From Chthoniobacteraceae bacterium (GTDB lineage: Bacteria; Verrucomicrobiota; Verrucomicrobiia; Chthoniobacterales; Chthoniobacteraceae), in assembly GCA_040081625.1 (NCBI GenBank), contig JBEBGD010000003.1, positions 1 to 64,000 of the forward strand: DNA of 64,000 nt, read 5' to 3'. The notes beneath the pieces were generated by a model that did no database searches, had not been told where the DNA came from, and was given only the letters and a program-made list of their open reading frames with translations. The translations under genes and the position numbers were made by a program. The number at the start of each line of letters is the position of its first letter. Within the stretch, counting starts at the first letter, position 1. Shown in pieces: positions 10,003 to 19,160 of this stretch.

Positions 10003-10047
10003 GGAAAACGAAACCGCGCCGGTCACCACTGAGGTGGCCGGCGCGGT
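10003..10047 (-). terminator. Intrinsic terminator or mRNA-stabilising hairpin after the DUF4331-like gene
   Basis: Minus strand ACCGCGCCGGCCACC-TCAGT-GGTGACCGGCGCGGT (15-bp stem, one mismatch) followed by TTCGTTTT. Confidence 0.75.
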
Positions 10048-10065
10048 CGTAGGGATCGATGGAGG

Positions 10066-11454
10066 TTAGTTCCGCGTATTGTCGTCCGGGGCGGCGTTGG
10101 CCCGCGGCTGCTGCGTGAGCCCGAGATACGGGAACGCTGCCTCGAAGGGCACGTCGTTCACGTCAACGTTGTCTTTCACCACGGTCGGCGAGAAGAGCAC
10201 CGAGAGTGCGGTGTCGATGACGTCATCGTCGAGCTTGCGGCCATTTGGCCAGCCGGCGGCCGCGGCGGTGTCGAGCGTGAGCAGATCGCCCGAGAAGACC
10301 GCGATGCCGGCGAGCGCGCCGATGGTGGTCACGCCCGGATTGAGCGCGGTGATCGACGCGACGATGTCGCCCGCGAACTTGCCGCTCGCGTCATCCTTCG
10401 GGGTCGAGGAGTTGTATTCGCTCTTCCGGTTGAAGGGAACGAACGCGACGTTGATCGCCGGATTGCCTTCGCGGTCCACCGCGACGAAACCACCGGCGCC
10501 GCGGCGGGTGCCTGCGGTAGCGCCCCGCTTCACATTGATCTCTACGCCCCGGCGCTGCGCGATCACGTTCAGCCCAATCCTGGTCTTGGTCACGTCCGCA
10601 TTGGCGAGCGCGGCTTTCGGGATCGAGAGTGCGATCGCGAGCGTGTTGTAACCGGCGAAGGTATCGCGGGCACGACCGAAGAAGAGCGGGTTCGTGAGGA
10701 AATCCGCCGGGAGGGTGCCGTCGCGGATGCCGCCGACCGTGCGGCCAAAGGCCGGGATGTCGAAGAAGAACGGATCGTCGGTTTCACCCGCGAAGAATTT
10801 GATGCCGGTCGAAGAGGGCGCGCCGGTGAAGGTCGGAACGTCCACCACGGTTCGCATGGGAGAAGTGCCGCCCAGCCCCGGATTGAGCACGGCGAGGCCG
10901 CTCGCCTTGTCTTTCCTTGCGCTGCCGAGGAAACCGACCTGACCCTTGAAGCCGGTGAAGACGAGGTTCGCCGTCTGCGCCTGCGGGATTTGCAGGGCTT
11001 CCTTGCCTGTCGGGCCGGCGATGGCCGTGCGCCCGGTGAAGCTCACGTCGATGGTGCGGGCGGGTTTGATCGAAGCGAGGAACTGCGACTGCGCGCGCTT
11101 GAACGCGGCTTTCTCCGCACGGGTCGCCGCCGGACCGGGATCGACCGGCAGTGGGGTGTTCACGTGGTTGTTATAAAACTCGAAGCGGTAATTCACCTCG
11201 GGTGCGAAGATCGCTTCGTTCCCCGCTTCGCCCGGCACGATGAAGCCGTGGAAGGTGGCGATGACCACGAGCTTGGTCGCGTCAACGGGGTCTTCGAAGA
11301 AGTAAGCGTCATTCAGGTCCGTTGCGCTGTCGTGCGCGTTGGTCGGTCCGTCGCGGTGATCCGCAGCCCGCAGGACGGGTTGCCCGATGGTTAGGACGGC
11401 GAGCGCACCGAGGGCGGCCAGCCGGAGAGTAGGAATCAGGGTAGTGGTTTTCAT
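10066..11454 (-). CDS. DUF4331-like exported protein
   Basis: Signal peptide then ADHRDGP...DLNDAYFF, FAGETDDPFFFD, DTFAGYN, DREGNPAIN, WPNGRKLDDDVID and FPYL motifs. Confidence 0.85.
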   Translation of the reverse strand: MKTTTLIPTLRLAALGALAVLTIGQPVLRAADHRDGPTNAHDSATDLNDAYFFEDPVDATKLVVIATFHGFIVPGEAGNEAIFAPEVNYRFEFYNNHVNTPLPVDPGPAATRAEKAAFKRAQSQFLASIKPARTIDVSFTGRTAIAGPTGKEALQIPQAQTANLVFTGFKGQVGFLGSARKDKASGLAVLNPGLGGTSPMRTVVDVPTFTGAPSSTGIKFFAGETDDPFFFDIPAFGRTVGGIRDGTLPADFLTNPLFFGRARDTFAGYNTLAIALSIPKAALANADVTKTRIGLNVIAQRRGVEINVKRGATAGTRRGAGGFVAVDREGNPAINVAFVPFNRKSEYNSSTPKDDASGKFAGDIVASITALNPGVTTIGALAGIAVFSGDLLTLDTAAAAGWPNGRKLDDDVIDTALSVLFSPTVVKDNVDVNDVPFEAAFPYLGLTQQPRANAAPDDNTRN

Positions 11455-11483
11455 TTTCGTTTCTGTTTGTTTGCGTTCTGTGG

Positions 11484-11505
11484 TGCGTCAAGGATTCATG
11501 ACGCA
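11484..11505. promoter_or_regulatory. Inverted repeat TGCGTCA-N8-TGACGCA, candidate operator in a divergent intergenic region
   Basis: Perfect 7-bp arms within the 62-nt gap between divergent genes. Confidence 0.4.
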
Positions 11506-11516
11506 TCCGCCATTGC

Positions 11517-12134
11517 ATGACACTTCGCTTAGCCTGTCAAACCTGTTCGGCTACTTTTTTTATTACGCTGGCTTTCACCGCTTGCGGCCGGAAAGCGCCG
11601 CTCGTGGCGGAGCCTCCGCCCATGGTCGTCACGCCCGCGCCTTCCGGCGTGCCCCCTGTCGGGATGCGCGCGCCCGGCGCGATGCCGGAGGCCGCAGCCA
11701 CGCCGCCCATGGTTCGCGACAGTGATGAGCCTTCGCCGCGCGAACTCGGTCAGAAGATGCGCGCCGAAGAGGACCCGGCGGAGCGCGGGCTGCTCGTCTC
11801 CGAGTTGTGGGAGATCGGCACGCCCGAGGCGGTGGAAATCCTGCGCCAGCAATTCCACATCGAGCGCGATACGGACGTGAAAGCGGACATCATCACCGGG
11901 CTGGTCGGCGAACAGAAGCTGGAGACTCGCGAGGTGCGCTTCGGGATCCTCGCTTCCGCTCTCGCGCCGACGCAGCCGGCCGACGTGCGACTGGTGGCGC
12001 TGGAACTGGCGGGCGAGTTCGAGGACGCGCGGGCCGTGGCGTTGCTCCAGAATCTTTTGCAGGACCGGGATGAGGAGGTGCGCGAAGCTGCGCAGGACGC
12101 GATCGAGCTGCTGCGCGAAAAGAATCTGAGGTAG
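11517..12134 (+). CDS. Putative lipoprotein with Pro-rich linker and HEAT-like repeats
   Basis: Lipobox-like LAFTA-C; VRLVALELAGEFEDARAVALLQNLLQDRDEEVREAA HEAT pattern; start uncertain. Confidence 0.7.
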   Translation: MTLRLACQTCSATFFITLAFTACGRKAPLVAEPPPMVVTPAPSGVPPVGMRAPGAMPEAAATPPMVRDSDEPSPRELGQKMRAEEDPAERGLLVSELWEIGTPEAVEILRQQFHIERDTDVKADIITGLVGEQKLETREVRFGILASALAPTQPADVRLVALELAGEFEDARAVALLQNLLQDRDEEVREAAQDAIELLREKNLR

Positions 12135-12140
12135 CGCGGC

Positions 12141-13229
12141 TCAGCGCTTCGCGGGTTTCTCGAAGAGCGCGATCGTCGTGATCGCATCGAGCGCGCGCTG
12201 GAGCGCGGCGTCGCGCAGCACGGGCACGGGCAGCTTGCCCTGGCGCGCGCGCGCGGCGTCGAGCTCAGGATTGGTGCCGGCGACGAGCGCGGCTTCGTTC
12301 ATGCGCGGGCGTTCGGTCTCGACGACGAATGGAGCGACGCCGCCATTGAGTTCGGCCTGGAGCACGCGCTGTGTTTCATCCGCGGGGATCTCGAGCGCGA
12401 TGTCCGGCGTCACGCCGCCGGGGAAGACGCGCACATTTTCCGGCAGGGCGACCTCGGCGACTGCGATGCGCAATTTCCGCCCGCTCGGAAGCGGCACCTC
12501 GGAGTATTCGACCGCTTCGCCGAGCGTCTGCTCGCCGACGATGAGCGCCCGCGCCTGCGTGCGCAGGACCGCGGCGATGACTTCGCCGGCGCCGCCGGTG
12601 TCCGCATCGGTGAGGGTGACGAGCACGCCGGTGAATGACGGATCCTGCTTCGAGGTGAGGATGAGATCCTGCTGCGCACTCGGTCGGCGGATTGTGAAAA
12701 TGACGCGGCCTTTCGGGCAGAAGCGTTCGCAGATTTTCGCCGCGAGTTCGAACTCGCTTCCCTCGGGCACGGCGCGCAGATCGAGCACGGCGGCGGGGAG
12801 CCTGCGTTCGCGGAACGTGCCGAGCGCGGCGTCGAGCTCGCCGAGCGTCGCATCCGTCAGCGTGCCGAGCCGCAGGTAGCCGATGCGGTTGTCGAGGATC
12901 TCGGTGCGGAATGGGCTCGCGACTTTCGGCGTGGAGGCGTCGTCGAGCGGCAGCACGATGCCGGGGGAGAATCGCTCGAAGAGTCCGTGCGCGGTGGCGC
13001 GCAGGACGGCGGTCTCGTCGAGCTTGTCGGGCGCGAGGTAGTGCTCGCGGAGGAGATTGAGAAGTTCCTTGAGGTCCGCCTCGGGCAGCGCGTCCACGGC
13101 TTCGCGCAGCGTCTGCGGGCCGGGTTGCGTCTGGCGAAATTCCGGTGGCTTGGTCTCGACGCGCGGGACCGGTTCATCCGCGCAGAGCAGCAGCGGAGCG
13201 GTGAGCGCGAGGAGCAGTGGGCGGTTCAT
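12141..13229 (-). CDS. S41 (Ctp/Tsp-like) peptidase homolog, probably catalytically inactive
   Basis: IGYLRL, VLDLR, IVGEQTLG and GVTPDI scaffold motifs; catalytic Ser and Lys positions are substituted. Confidence 0.75.
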   Translation of the reverse strand: MNRPLLLALTAPLLLCADEPVPRVETKPPEFRQTQPGPQTLREAVDALPEADLKELLNLLREHYLAPDKLDETAVLRATAHGLFERFSPGIVLPLDDASTPKVASPFRTEILDNRIGYLRLGTLTDATLGELDAALGTFRERRLPAAVLDLRAVPEGSEFELAAKICERFCPKGRVIFTIRRPSAQQDLILTSKQDPSFTGVLVTLTDADTGGAGEVIAAVLRTQARALIVGEQTLGEAVEYSEVPLPSGRKLRIAVAEVALPENVRVFPGGVTPDIALEIPADETQRVLQAELNGGVAPFVVETERPRMNEAALVAGTNPELDAARARQGKLPVPVLRDAALQRALDAITTIALFEKPAKR

Positions 13230-13241
13230 GCGGGCGGGAGA

Positions 13242-14504
13242 TTAGGCGCGCAGACCCTTGGCGGCAATATCGCTGCGATGGTGCGCGCCCTCGAAATGAA
13301 TCCGCCTGACGGCGGCGTAGGCGCGGTCGCGCGCGGTTGCGAGAGTGGGGCCGAGCGCGGTGACGCCGAGCACGCGCCCGCCTGCGGTGACGACGCGCCC
13401 GTCTTCCTGTCGCGTGCCGGCGTGGAAGACGACGGCGTCGGCTGCGTCGAGGCCGGTGATCGTTTTACCGGTCGCGTATTTTGCCGGGTAGCCGCCGGAG
13501 GCCATGACGACGCACACGGCGGCGTCGGGCTTCCAACTCGCGGAGATCGAGTCGAGACGCTGATCGATCGTGGCCTCGAGCAGATCGACGAGGTCGCTCT
13601 CGAGCCGTGTGAGCAGCACTTGCGTCTCGGGATCGCCAAAGCGGCAATTGAACTCGAGCACCTTCAGCCCGTCGCGCGTGATTATGAGGCCGGGGAAAAG
13701 CATCCCGCGGAAATCGAGCGCGTCCTTCGCGAGCCCGGCGATGAAACGATCGAGCACCTCGGTGCGGACGCGGGCTTCGAGCTCCGGCGTGAGCAGGTGC
13801 GCGGGAGGGCTGAACGTGCCCATGCCGCCGGTGTTGAGGCCCTCGTCGCCGTCGAGCGCGCGCTTGTGATCCTGCGCGCCGGGGAAGAGCAGGTAGCCGC
13901 GGCCATCGACGAGCGCGTGGATGGAGCACTCCTCGCCTTCGAGAAATTCCTCGATCACCACGCGCCGACCCGCGTCGCCGAACGCGCGACGCTCCATGAT
14001 TTCCCAGATCGCGAACGCGGCCTCGCGCTGGTTGTGGCAGATGAGCACGCCCTTTCCGAGCGCGAGCCCGTCGGCCTTCACGACCATCGGCGCGCCGATC
14101 TTTTGCGCGTAGGCTTGCGCGGCGATCGGGTCGTCGAAGCCCGCCGAGCGCGCGCACGGGATGCCGTGGCGGAGCATGAAGTCCTTCGCGAAAACCTTCG
14201 ACGACTCGAGCTGCGCGGCGCGCTGCGACGGGCCGAAGATGCGCAGGCCGGCGGCCTGGAAATGATCGACGATGCCGGCGGCGAGCGCGTCGTCCGGCCC
14301 GACGACGGTGAGCGCGATGCCTTCGCGTTTTGCGAAGTCGATGAGCGCGGCGTGGTCGCTGATCTTGATCGGCACGCACGTGGCGACCTGCGCGATGCCG
14401 CCATTGCCGGGCGCGCAGAAGACCTGCGCGACGCGCGGCGACTGCTTGAGCTTCCAGGCGAGCGCGTGTTCGCGCCCGCCACTGCCGATGACGAGGACTT
14501 TCAT
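13242..14504 (-). CDS. purD: Phosphoribosylamine--glycine ligase
   Basis: MKVLVIGSGGREHAL, VVKADGLALGKGV, QDHKR..DGD.GLNTGGMG and EFNCRFGDPETQ. Confidence 0.98.
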   Translation of the reverse strand: MKVLVIGSGGREHALAWKLKQSPRVAQVFCAPGNGGIAQVATCVPIKISDHAALIDFAKREGIALTVVGPDDALAAGIVDHFQAAGLRIFGPSQRAAQLESSKVFAKDFMLRHGIPCARSAGFDDPIAAQAYAQKIGAPMVVKADGLALGKGVLICHNQREAAFAIWEIMERRAFGDAGRRVVIEEFLEGEECSIHALVDGRGYLLFPGAQDHKRALDGDEGLNTGGMGTFSPPAHLLTPELEARVRTEVLDRFIAGLAKDALDFRGMLFPGLIITRDGLKVLEFNCRFGDPETQVLLTRLESDLVDLLEATIDQRLDSISASWKPDAAVCVVMASGGYPAKYATGKTITGLDAADAVVFHAGTRQEDGRVVTAGGRVLGVTALGPTLATARDRAYAAVRRIHFEGAHHRSDIAAKGLRA

Positions 14505-14519
14505 GAAAGGGCGCGGAGG

Positions 14520-15302
14520 CTACGCGCGCGGTGCGAAGTGATGCAACGCGTCCGTGCTGCCCCAGCGCAGAAAGTTCGTAATGGCGCGCGTGACGAACTG
14601 CTTCGCCTCGCCGACGGCGGCGGGCAGGTCGAGCCCGCGCGCGAGTCCGGTGGCGATGGCGGCGGAGGTGGTGCAGCCGGTGCCGTGCGTCGAGACGCCG
14701 GGGACGAAAGGCGCGGCGTATTCATGCACGGCGCCGTCGCGCAGGAAGAGCAGATCGATCGCGGTCGAGCCGCGCAGGTGGCCGCCCTTGAGCAGGAAGG
14801 CGGTGCCGAATTTTGCGACGAGCGCGGGGCCGGCGTCGCGCATCGCATCGAGGTCGGGGATCGGCGCGCCGAGCAGCACGCGGGCTTCGTCGAGGTTCGG
14901 CGTGGCGAGCGTGGCGCGCGGGAGCAGTCGCTCGCGGTAGAGGGCGATCGCGTCTTCGCGCAGCAGCGGATCGCCGCTCGTCGCGATCATCACGGGATCG
15001 ACCACGAGCGGGCACGCGGGCAGCGCGGCGAGCACGGCTTCGATGATCTCGCGCGAGTAGAGCATCCCCGTCTTCACCGCGGCGACGGGGAAGGCTGCGC
15101 ACGAGAGGCGAATCTGCTCCGCGACGATCTCCGGCGCGATCGGCTGGATGGCGGAGACTTTGCCCGGCACCTCGGCGACCACGCACGTGATAGCGGTGAG
15201 CGCGTAGCCGCCGAGCGCGGTGATGGTCTTGAGATCGGCTTGCGCGCCGGCGCCTGCGCTGTTGTCGGAACCGGCGATGGTGAGAATCACGGGAAGGCTC
15301 AT
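14520..15302 (-). CDS. thiD: Hydroxymethylpyrimidine/phosphomethylpyrimidine kinase
   Basis: LTIAGSD.SAGAGAQADLKT, VKTGML, VVDPVM, TPNLDEA, LLKGGH and THGTGCT. Confidence 0.95.
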   Translation of the reverse strand: MSLPVILTIAGSDNSAGAGAQADLKTITALGGYALTAITCVVAEVPGKVSAIQPIAPEIVAEQIRLSCAAFPVAAVKTGMLYSREIIEAVLAALPACPLVVDPVMIATSGDPLLREDAIALYRERLLPRATLATPNLDEARVLLGAPIPDLDAMRDAGPALVAKFGTAFLLKGGHLRGSTAIDLLFLRDGAVHEYAAPFVPGVSTHGTGCTTSAAIATGLARGLDLPAAVGEAKQFVTRAITNFLRWGSTDALHHFAPRA

Positions 15303-15305
15303 GGA

Positions 15306-15333
15306 TTGCGCACTAATGCAGGCTTGCTACCGT
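15306..15333 (+). promoter_or_regulatory. Putative sigma70 promoter for a leaderless apaG transcript
   Basis: TTGCGC-N16-TACCGT with an extended -10 TG, 6 nt before ATG 15340. Confidence 0.45.
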
Positions 15334-15339
15334 CGCGTC

Positions 15340-15723
15340 ATGTCCGAACCGATGACCGAACTCGATGGCCTGCGTGCGACGATCGATCGCGTCGTGCATG
15401 TGCCGCACCTGGATGCGCCGCCGGAGAGGCCGCACCCGTTCGTATATTTCATCACCATCCACAACGACTCCTACGACGCCGTGACGATCCGCGGGCGCAA
15501 GTGGGTCGTGACCGACGTGAACGAGGAGCGGTTGGTCGTCGAAGGCGATGGCGTGGTCGGGCAGTTTCCCCGCATCGAACCGGGCGAGCATTTTTCCTAC
15601 AACAGCTACCACACGATCGGCGCGGACAGCGTGGCGGAGGGTGCGTTCTTCGGCGTGACGGATGGCGGCGAGCGGGTTTTCACCCGCATCCCGGCGTTTG
15701 AGCTGACGGCGCCACGCGGCTGA
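15340..15723 (+). CDS. apaG: ApaG domain protein
   Basis: FVYFITIHN, RKWVVTD, VEGDGVVGQFP.IEPGE.FSYNS and IPAFEL. Confidence 0.9.
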   Translation: MSEPMTELDGLRATIDRVVHVPHLDAPPERPHPFVYFITIHNDSYDAVTIRGRKWVVTDVNEERLVVEGDGVVGQFPRIEPGEHFSYNSYHTIGADSVAEGAFFGVTDGGERVFTRIPAFELTAPRG

Positions 15724-15786
15724 ACGCGGAGCTTTTCAGGCCTTGCGGGGATGGGGAATCCCCATACTCTCCGCGCTCCTTTCCCC

Positions 15787-17907
15787 GTGTCTTACATCCC
15801 TTTCCTCGCTGCGAGCTCCTTAGAAAACAACGGCATCCCACTGGCAATCGTCTGCTCGCTGGTCGGGCTCGCCGGCGCGATGCTGCTGATCCGATCCATC
15901 ATGGCGGCGCCCGCCGGCAATGAGCGCATGCAGGAGATCGCGCGCGCCGTGCAGGAGGGGGCAAAGGCTTACCTCGGTCGCCAGGTGCGCACCGTCAGCC
16001 TCATCGCGATCGTGCTCGCGGTGCTGCTCGCATATTTCAAAAAGGACGGCTGGACCGCGGGCGGCTTCGTGCTCGGCGCCGTGTGCTCGCTGGCCGCTGG
16101 TTTCATCGGGATGCGCATCGCGGTCGTCGCAAATGTGCGCACCGCGCAGGGCGCGACCGAGAGCCGGCAGCGTGCGCTGCGGATGGCGTTCAATGGCGGG
16201 GCGGTCACCGGACTGCTCGTCGTCGGCCTGGCTTTGCTTTCGGTCAGCGTCTTCTGGCTCGTGATGCAGAAGCTCAATCCCGACAAGGCGCTCTCGAGCC
16301 TCGTCGGCGTGGCGTTGGGTTCGTCGCTGATCTCGGTCTTCGCGCGACTGGGCGGCGGCATTTACACGAAGGCTGCGGATGTCGGCGCGGATCTCGTCGG
16401 CAAGGTCGAGCAGTCGCTCGATGAAGACGATCCTCGCAACCCGGCGACGATCGCCGACAACGTGGGCGACAATGTCGGCGACTGCGCGGGCATGGCGGCT
16501 GACGTGTTCGAGACTTACGCCGTGTCGCTCATCGGCGCGGTGCTCGTCGGCTCGCTCACCGCGGGCGGCGGCGCGTCGGTGATCTTTCCGTTCGTGCTCG
16601 GCGGCATCGCGATCCTCGCGGGGATCGTGGGCATTCTTTACGTGAACATTTCGAAGGCCGCGCCGACCGCCACGCTCATCAACGGCGTGATCCTCTCCGG
16701 TGTGCTCACGGCGGTGGCCGCGTATCCCATCGTGCAGGCGATGTTCCCGAGTGGCATTCACGTCAGCGAACTGATCGGCGGCGGCGAAACAGCCTACACC
16801 GCGAACGGCATTTTCCTCGCGGCGCTCGTCGGCCTGCTCATGACGGGCGCGGCAGTGGCGATCACCAATTACTACACGTCCACCCATTACAGCCCGGTGC
16901 GAAAGATCGCCGAGGCGAGCAAGACCGGGCACGCGACGAACATCATCGCCGGGCTCGCCGTCGGGCAGCACGCCACGGCACTGCCGGTGATCTTCATCGC
17001 CGCGAGCATCTGGTTGAGCCACTACTTCGCGGGGCTCTACGGCATCGCCGTCGCCGTGATGGCCATGCTCGCGCAAGCCGGCATCATCATCTCGCTCGAT
17101 GCGTTCGGCCCGATCACCGACAACGCGGGCGGCATCGCCACGATGAGCGAACTACCGAAGGAAGTGCGCAACATCACCGACGAACTCGACGCCGTCGGCA
17201 ACACGATGAAAGCGGTCACCAAGGGCTACGCGATCGCGAGCGCCGGGCTTGCGGCCATCGTGCTTTTCGGAAGCTACTTCGTGGACTTGAAGCACCACCT
17301 CGAAACGGTGCGCGGCATGAGCGGGGCGGCGCTCGAGCACGCGCTCGAGTTCTCCCTCCGGGATCCAAATATCATCATCGGCCTCTTCCTCGGCGGACTG
17401 CTCCCGTATCTCTTCAGCGCATTCAGCATGAATGCCGTGGGCCGCGCGGCGGGCGCAGTCGTGACCGAAGTCCGGCGGCAGATCGCGGCGCGTCCGGGCA
17501 TTCTGAAAGGCGAGGACGTGCCCGAATACGGCGCGTGCGTCGATATCGTGACCAAGGCTGCGCTCAAGGAAATGATCGTGCCCGCGCTACTGCCGCTGGT
17601 CGCGGTCGTGCTCGTTGCGAGCCTCGGGCTCGAAGGCGCGAAGATCCTCGGCGGTATGCTCGTGGGCACCATCGTCACCGGCCTCTTCCTCGCGCTCTCG
17701 ATGACCAGTTCCGGCGGCGCGTGGGACAACGCGAAGAAATACATCGAGGAGGGCAACTGCGGCGGCAAAGGCAGCGACACGCACAAAGCCTCGATCACCG
17801 GCGACACCGTCGGCGATCCCTACAAGGACACCGCCGGTCCCGCGATCAATCCGATGATCAAGGTCGTTAACATCCTCGCGATCATGGTCATCCCGATCTT
17901 CTTCTGA
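15787..17907 (+). CDS. hppA: Membrane-bound proton-translocating pyrophosphatase, K+-independent type
   Basis: [44 protein letters not shown] and [13 protein letters not shown] 15787 preferred because TTGCGG-N16-TACTCT overlaps ATG 15751. Confidence 0.95.
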   Translation: MSYIPFLAASSLENNGIPLAIVCSLVGLAGAMLLIRSIMAAPAGNERMQEIARAVQEGAKAYLGRQVRTVSLIAIVLAVLLAYFKKDGWTAGGFVLGAVCSLAAGFIGMRIAVVANVRTAQGATESRQRALRMAFNGGAVTGLLVVGLALLSVSVFWLVMQKLNPDKALSSLVGVALGSSLISVFARLGGGIYTKAADVGADLVGKVEQSLDEDDPRNPATIADNVGDNVGDCAGMAADVFETYAVSLIGAVLVGSLTAGGGASVIFPFVLGGIAILAGIVGILYVNISKAAPTATLINGVILSGVLTAVAAYPIVQAMFPSGIHVSELIGGGETAYTANGIFLAALVGLLMTGAAVAITNYYTSTHYSPVRKIAEASKTGHATNIIAGLAVGQHATALPVIFIAASIWLSHYFAGLYGIAVAVMAMLAQAGIIISLDAFGPITDNAGGIATMSELPKEVRNITDELDAVGNTMKAVTKGYAIASAGLAAIVLFGSYFVDLKHHLETVRGMSGAALEHALEFSLRDPNIIIGLFLGGLLPYLFSAFSMNAVGRAAGAVVTEVRRQIAARPGILKGEDVPEYGACVDIVTKAALKEMIVPALLPLVAVVLVASLGLEGAKILGGMLVGTIVTGLFLALSMTSSGGAWDNAKKYIEEGNCGGKGSDTHKASITGDTVGDPYKDTAGPAINPMIKVVNILAIMVIPIFF

Positions 17908-17919
17908 CGTGACGCGCAG

Positions 17920-19152
17920 ATGAAGGCGCTCTTCCTAACCAACGAATACCCGCCGACCATCTACGGCGGCGCCGGAGTCCACGTGGACTACCTCTCGCGC
18001 GAACTCGCGAAGCTCATGGAAGTGGAAGTGCGCTGTTATAGCGACGCGATGCGCGAGCAGCGGCTCGACCTTCCCACCCTCAAGGCCGCAGGCTTCGGCA
18101 TCGACCCCGCCGCGTGGCGCGCACCGAAGCAGCTCACCGGCGTGCTCTCCGCGCTCCAGCGCGGCGTGGACTGGAACGCCGCCGGCATCGACGCGGACCT
18201 CGTCCATGTTCACACGTGGTATGCGCACTTCGCCGGCATCGTCGCGAAGCTCTGCTACGGCATCCCGCTCGTGCTCACCACGCACAGCCTCGAGCCGTTG
18301 CGCCCGTGGAAGCGCGAGCAACTCGGCGGCGGCTACGACTTCTCCGCGTGGGTCGAGAAGACCGCCATCGAGATGGCCGATGCCGTCATCGCCGTCTCGC
18401 GTGAGGCGCGCGACGACATCATGAAATTCTTCCCGGTCGCGCCGGAGAAGGTTCACGTGATCTACAACGGCATCGACCTCGACGAATACCGCCCGGCGAA
18501 GACAAGCGGCGCGCTCGAGAAATACGGCGTCGATCCGCGCGCCCCTTACGTCCTTTTCGTCGGCCGCATCACGCGGCAGAAAGGCATCGTTCACCTCGTG
18601 CACGCCATCGAGCACCTTGCGCCCGGCATCCAGGTCGTGCTCTGCGCCGGCGCGCCCGACACGCCGGAGATCGCCGCGGAGATGCAGGCCTCCGTCGCCG
18701 CGGCGCAGGCCGCGCACGGGAAGGTCGTGTGGATCGACCAGATGGTCAGCGTGCCCGAGAAGATCGAACTCTACAGCCACGCCGCCGTCTTCGTCTGCCC
18801 GTCGATCTACGAGCCCTTCGGCATCATCAATCTCGAGGCGATGGCGTGTGAAGTGCCGGTCGTCGCGACCGCGGTCGGCGGGATCAAGGAAGTCGTCGTC
18901 CACGGCGAGACCGGATTCCTCGTGCCGCTCGAGCAGATGAGCGAGAGCCCGTTCGAGGCGACCGACCCGGCGCAGTTTTCCCGCGACCTCGCCGCGCGGG
19001 TCAATGAACTGATGGCCGACGAGCCTTTGCGCCGGCGGATGGGCAAAGCCGCGCGGCTGCGTGCGGAGGCGATCTTCTCGTGGGGCTCGATCGCCCGGCA
19101 AACCCACGACCTTTATCAGCAGCTCGTGGCATCGCGCGCCTCGTTGGGCTAG
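17920..19152 (+). CDS. glgA: GT4 glycogen synthase of the actinobacterial GlgA/GlgM type
   Basis: EYPP.IYGGAGVHV, HTWY, HSLEPLRPWKREQLGGGY, FVGRITRQKG and CPSIYEPFGIINLEAMAC. Confidence 0.9.
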   Translation: MKALFLTNEYPPTIYGGAGVHVDYLSRELAKLMEVEVRCYSDAMREQRLDLPTLKAAGFGIDPAAWRAPKQLTGVLSALQRGVDWNAAGIDADLVHVHTWYAHFAGIVAKLCYGIPLVLTTHSLEPLRPWKREQLGGGYDFSAWVEKTAIEMADAVIAVSREARDDIMKFFPVAPEKVHVIYNGIDLDEYRPAKTSGALEKYGVDPRAPYVLFVGRITRQKGIVHLVHAIEHLAPGIQVVLCAGAPDTPEIAAEMQASVAAAQAAHGKVVWIDQMVSVPEKIELYSHAAVFVCPSIYEPFGIINLEAMACEVPVVATAVGGIKEVVVHGETGFLVPLEQMSESPFEATDPAQFSRDLAARVNELMADEPLRRRMGKAARLRAEAIFSWGSIARQTHDLYQQLVASRASLG

Positions 19153-19160
19153 AGTCGCCC

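Noticed and set aside
12987..15701. 904-aa plus-strand ORF, and similar long antisense ORFs (732-2108, 8782-10032, 25380-27293, 30960-33344, 35569-37377, 37569-39575, 48324-50375, 52012-54699)
   Set aside because: Shadow frames opposite well-supported genes; Arg/Ala/Gly-rich with no motifs, as expected from high-GC codon bias.
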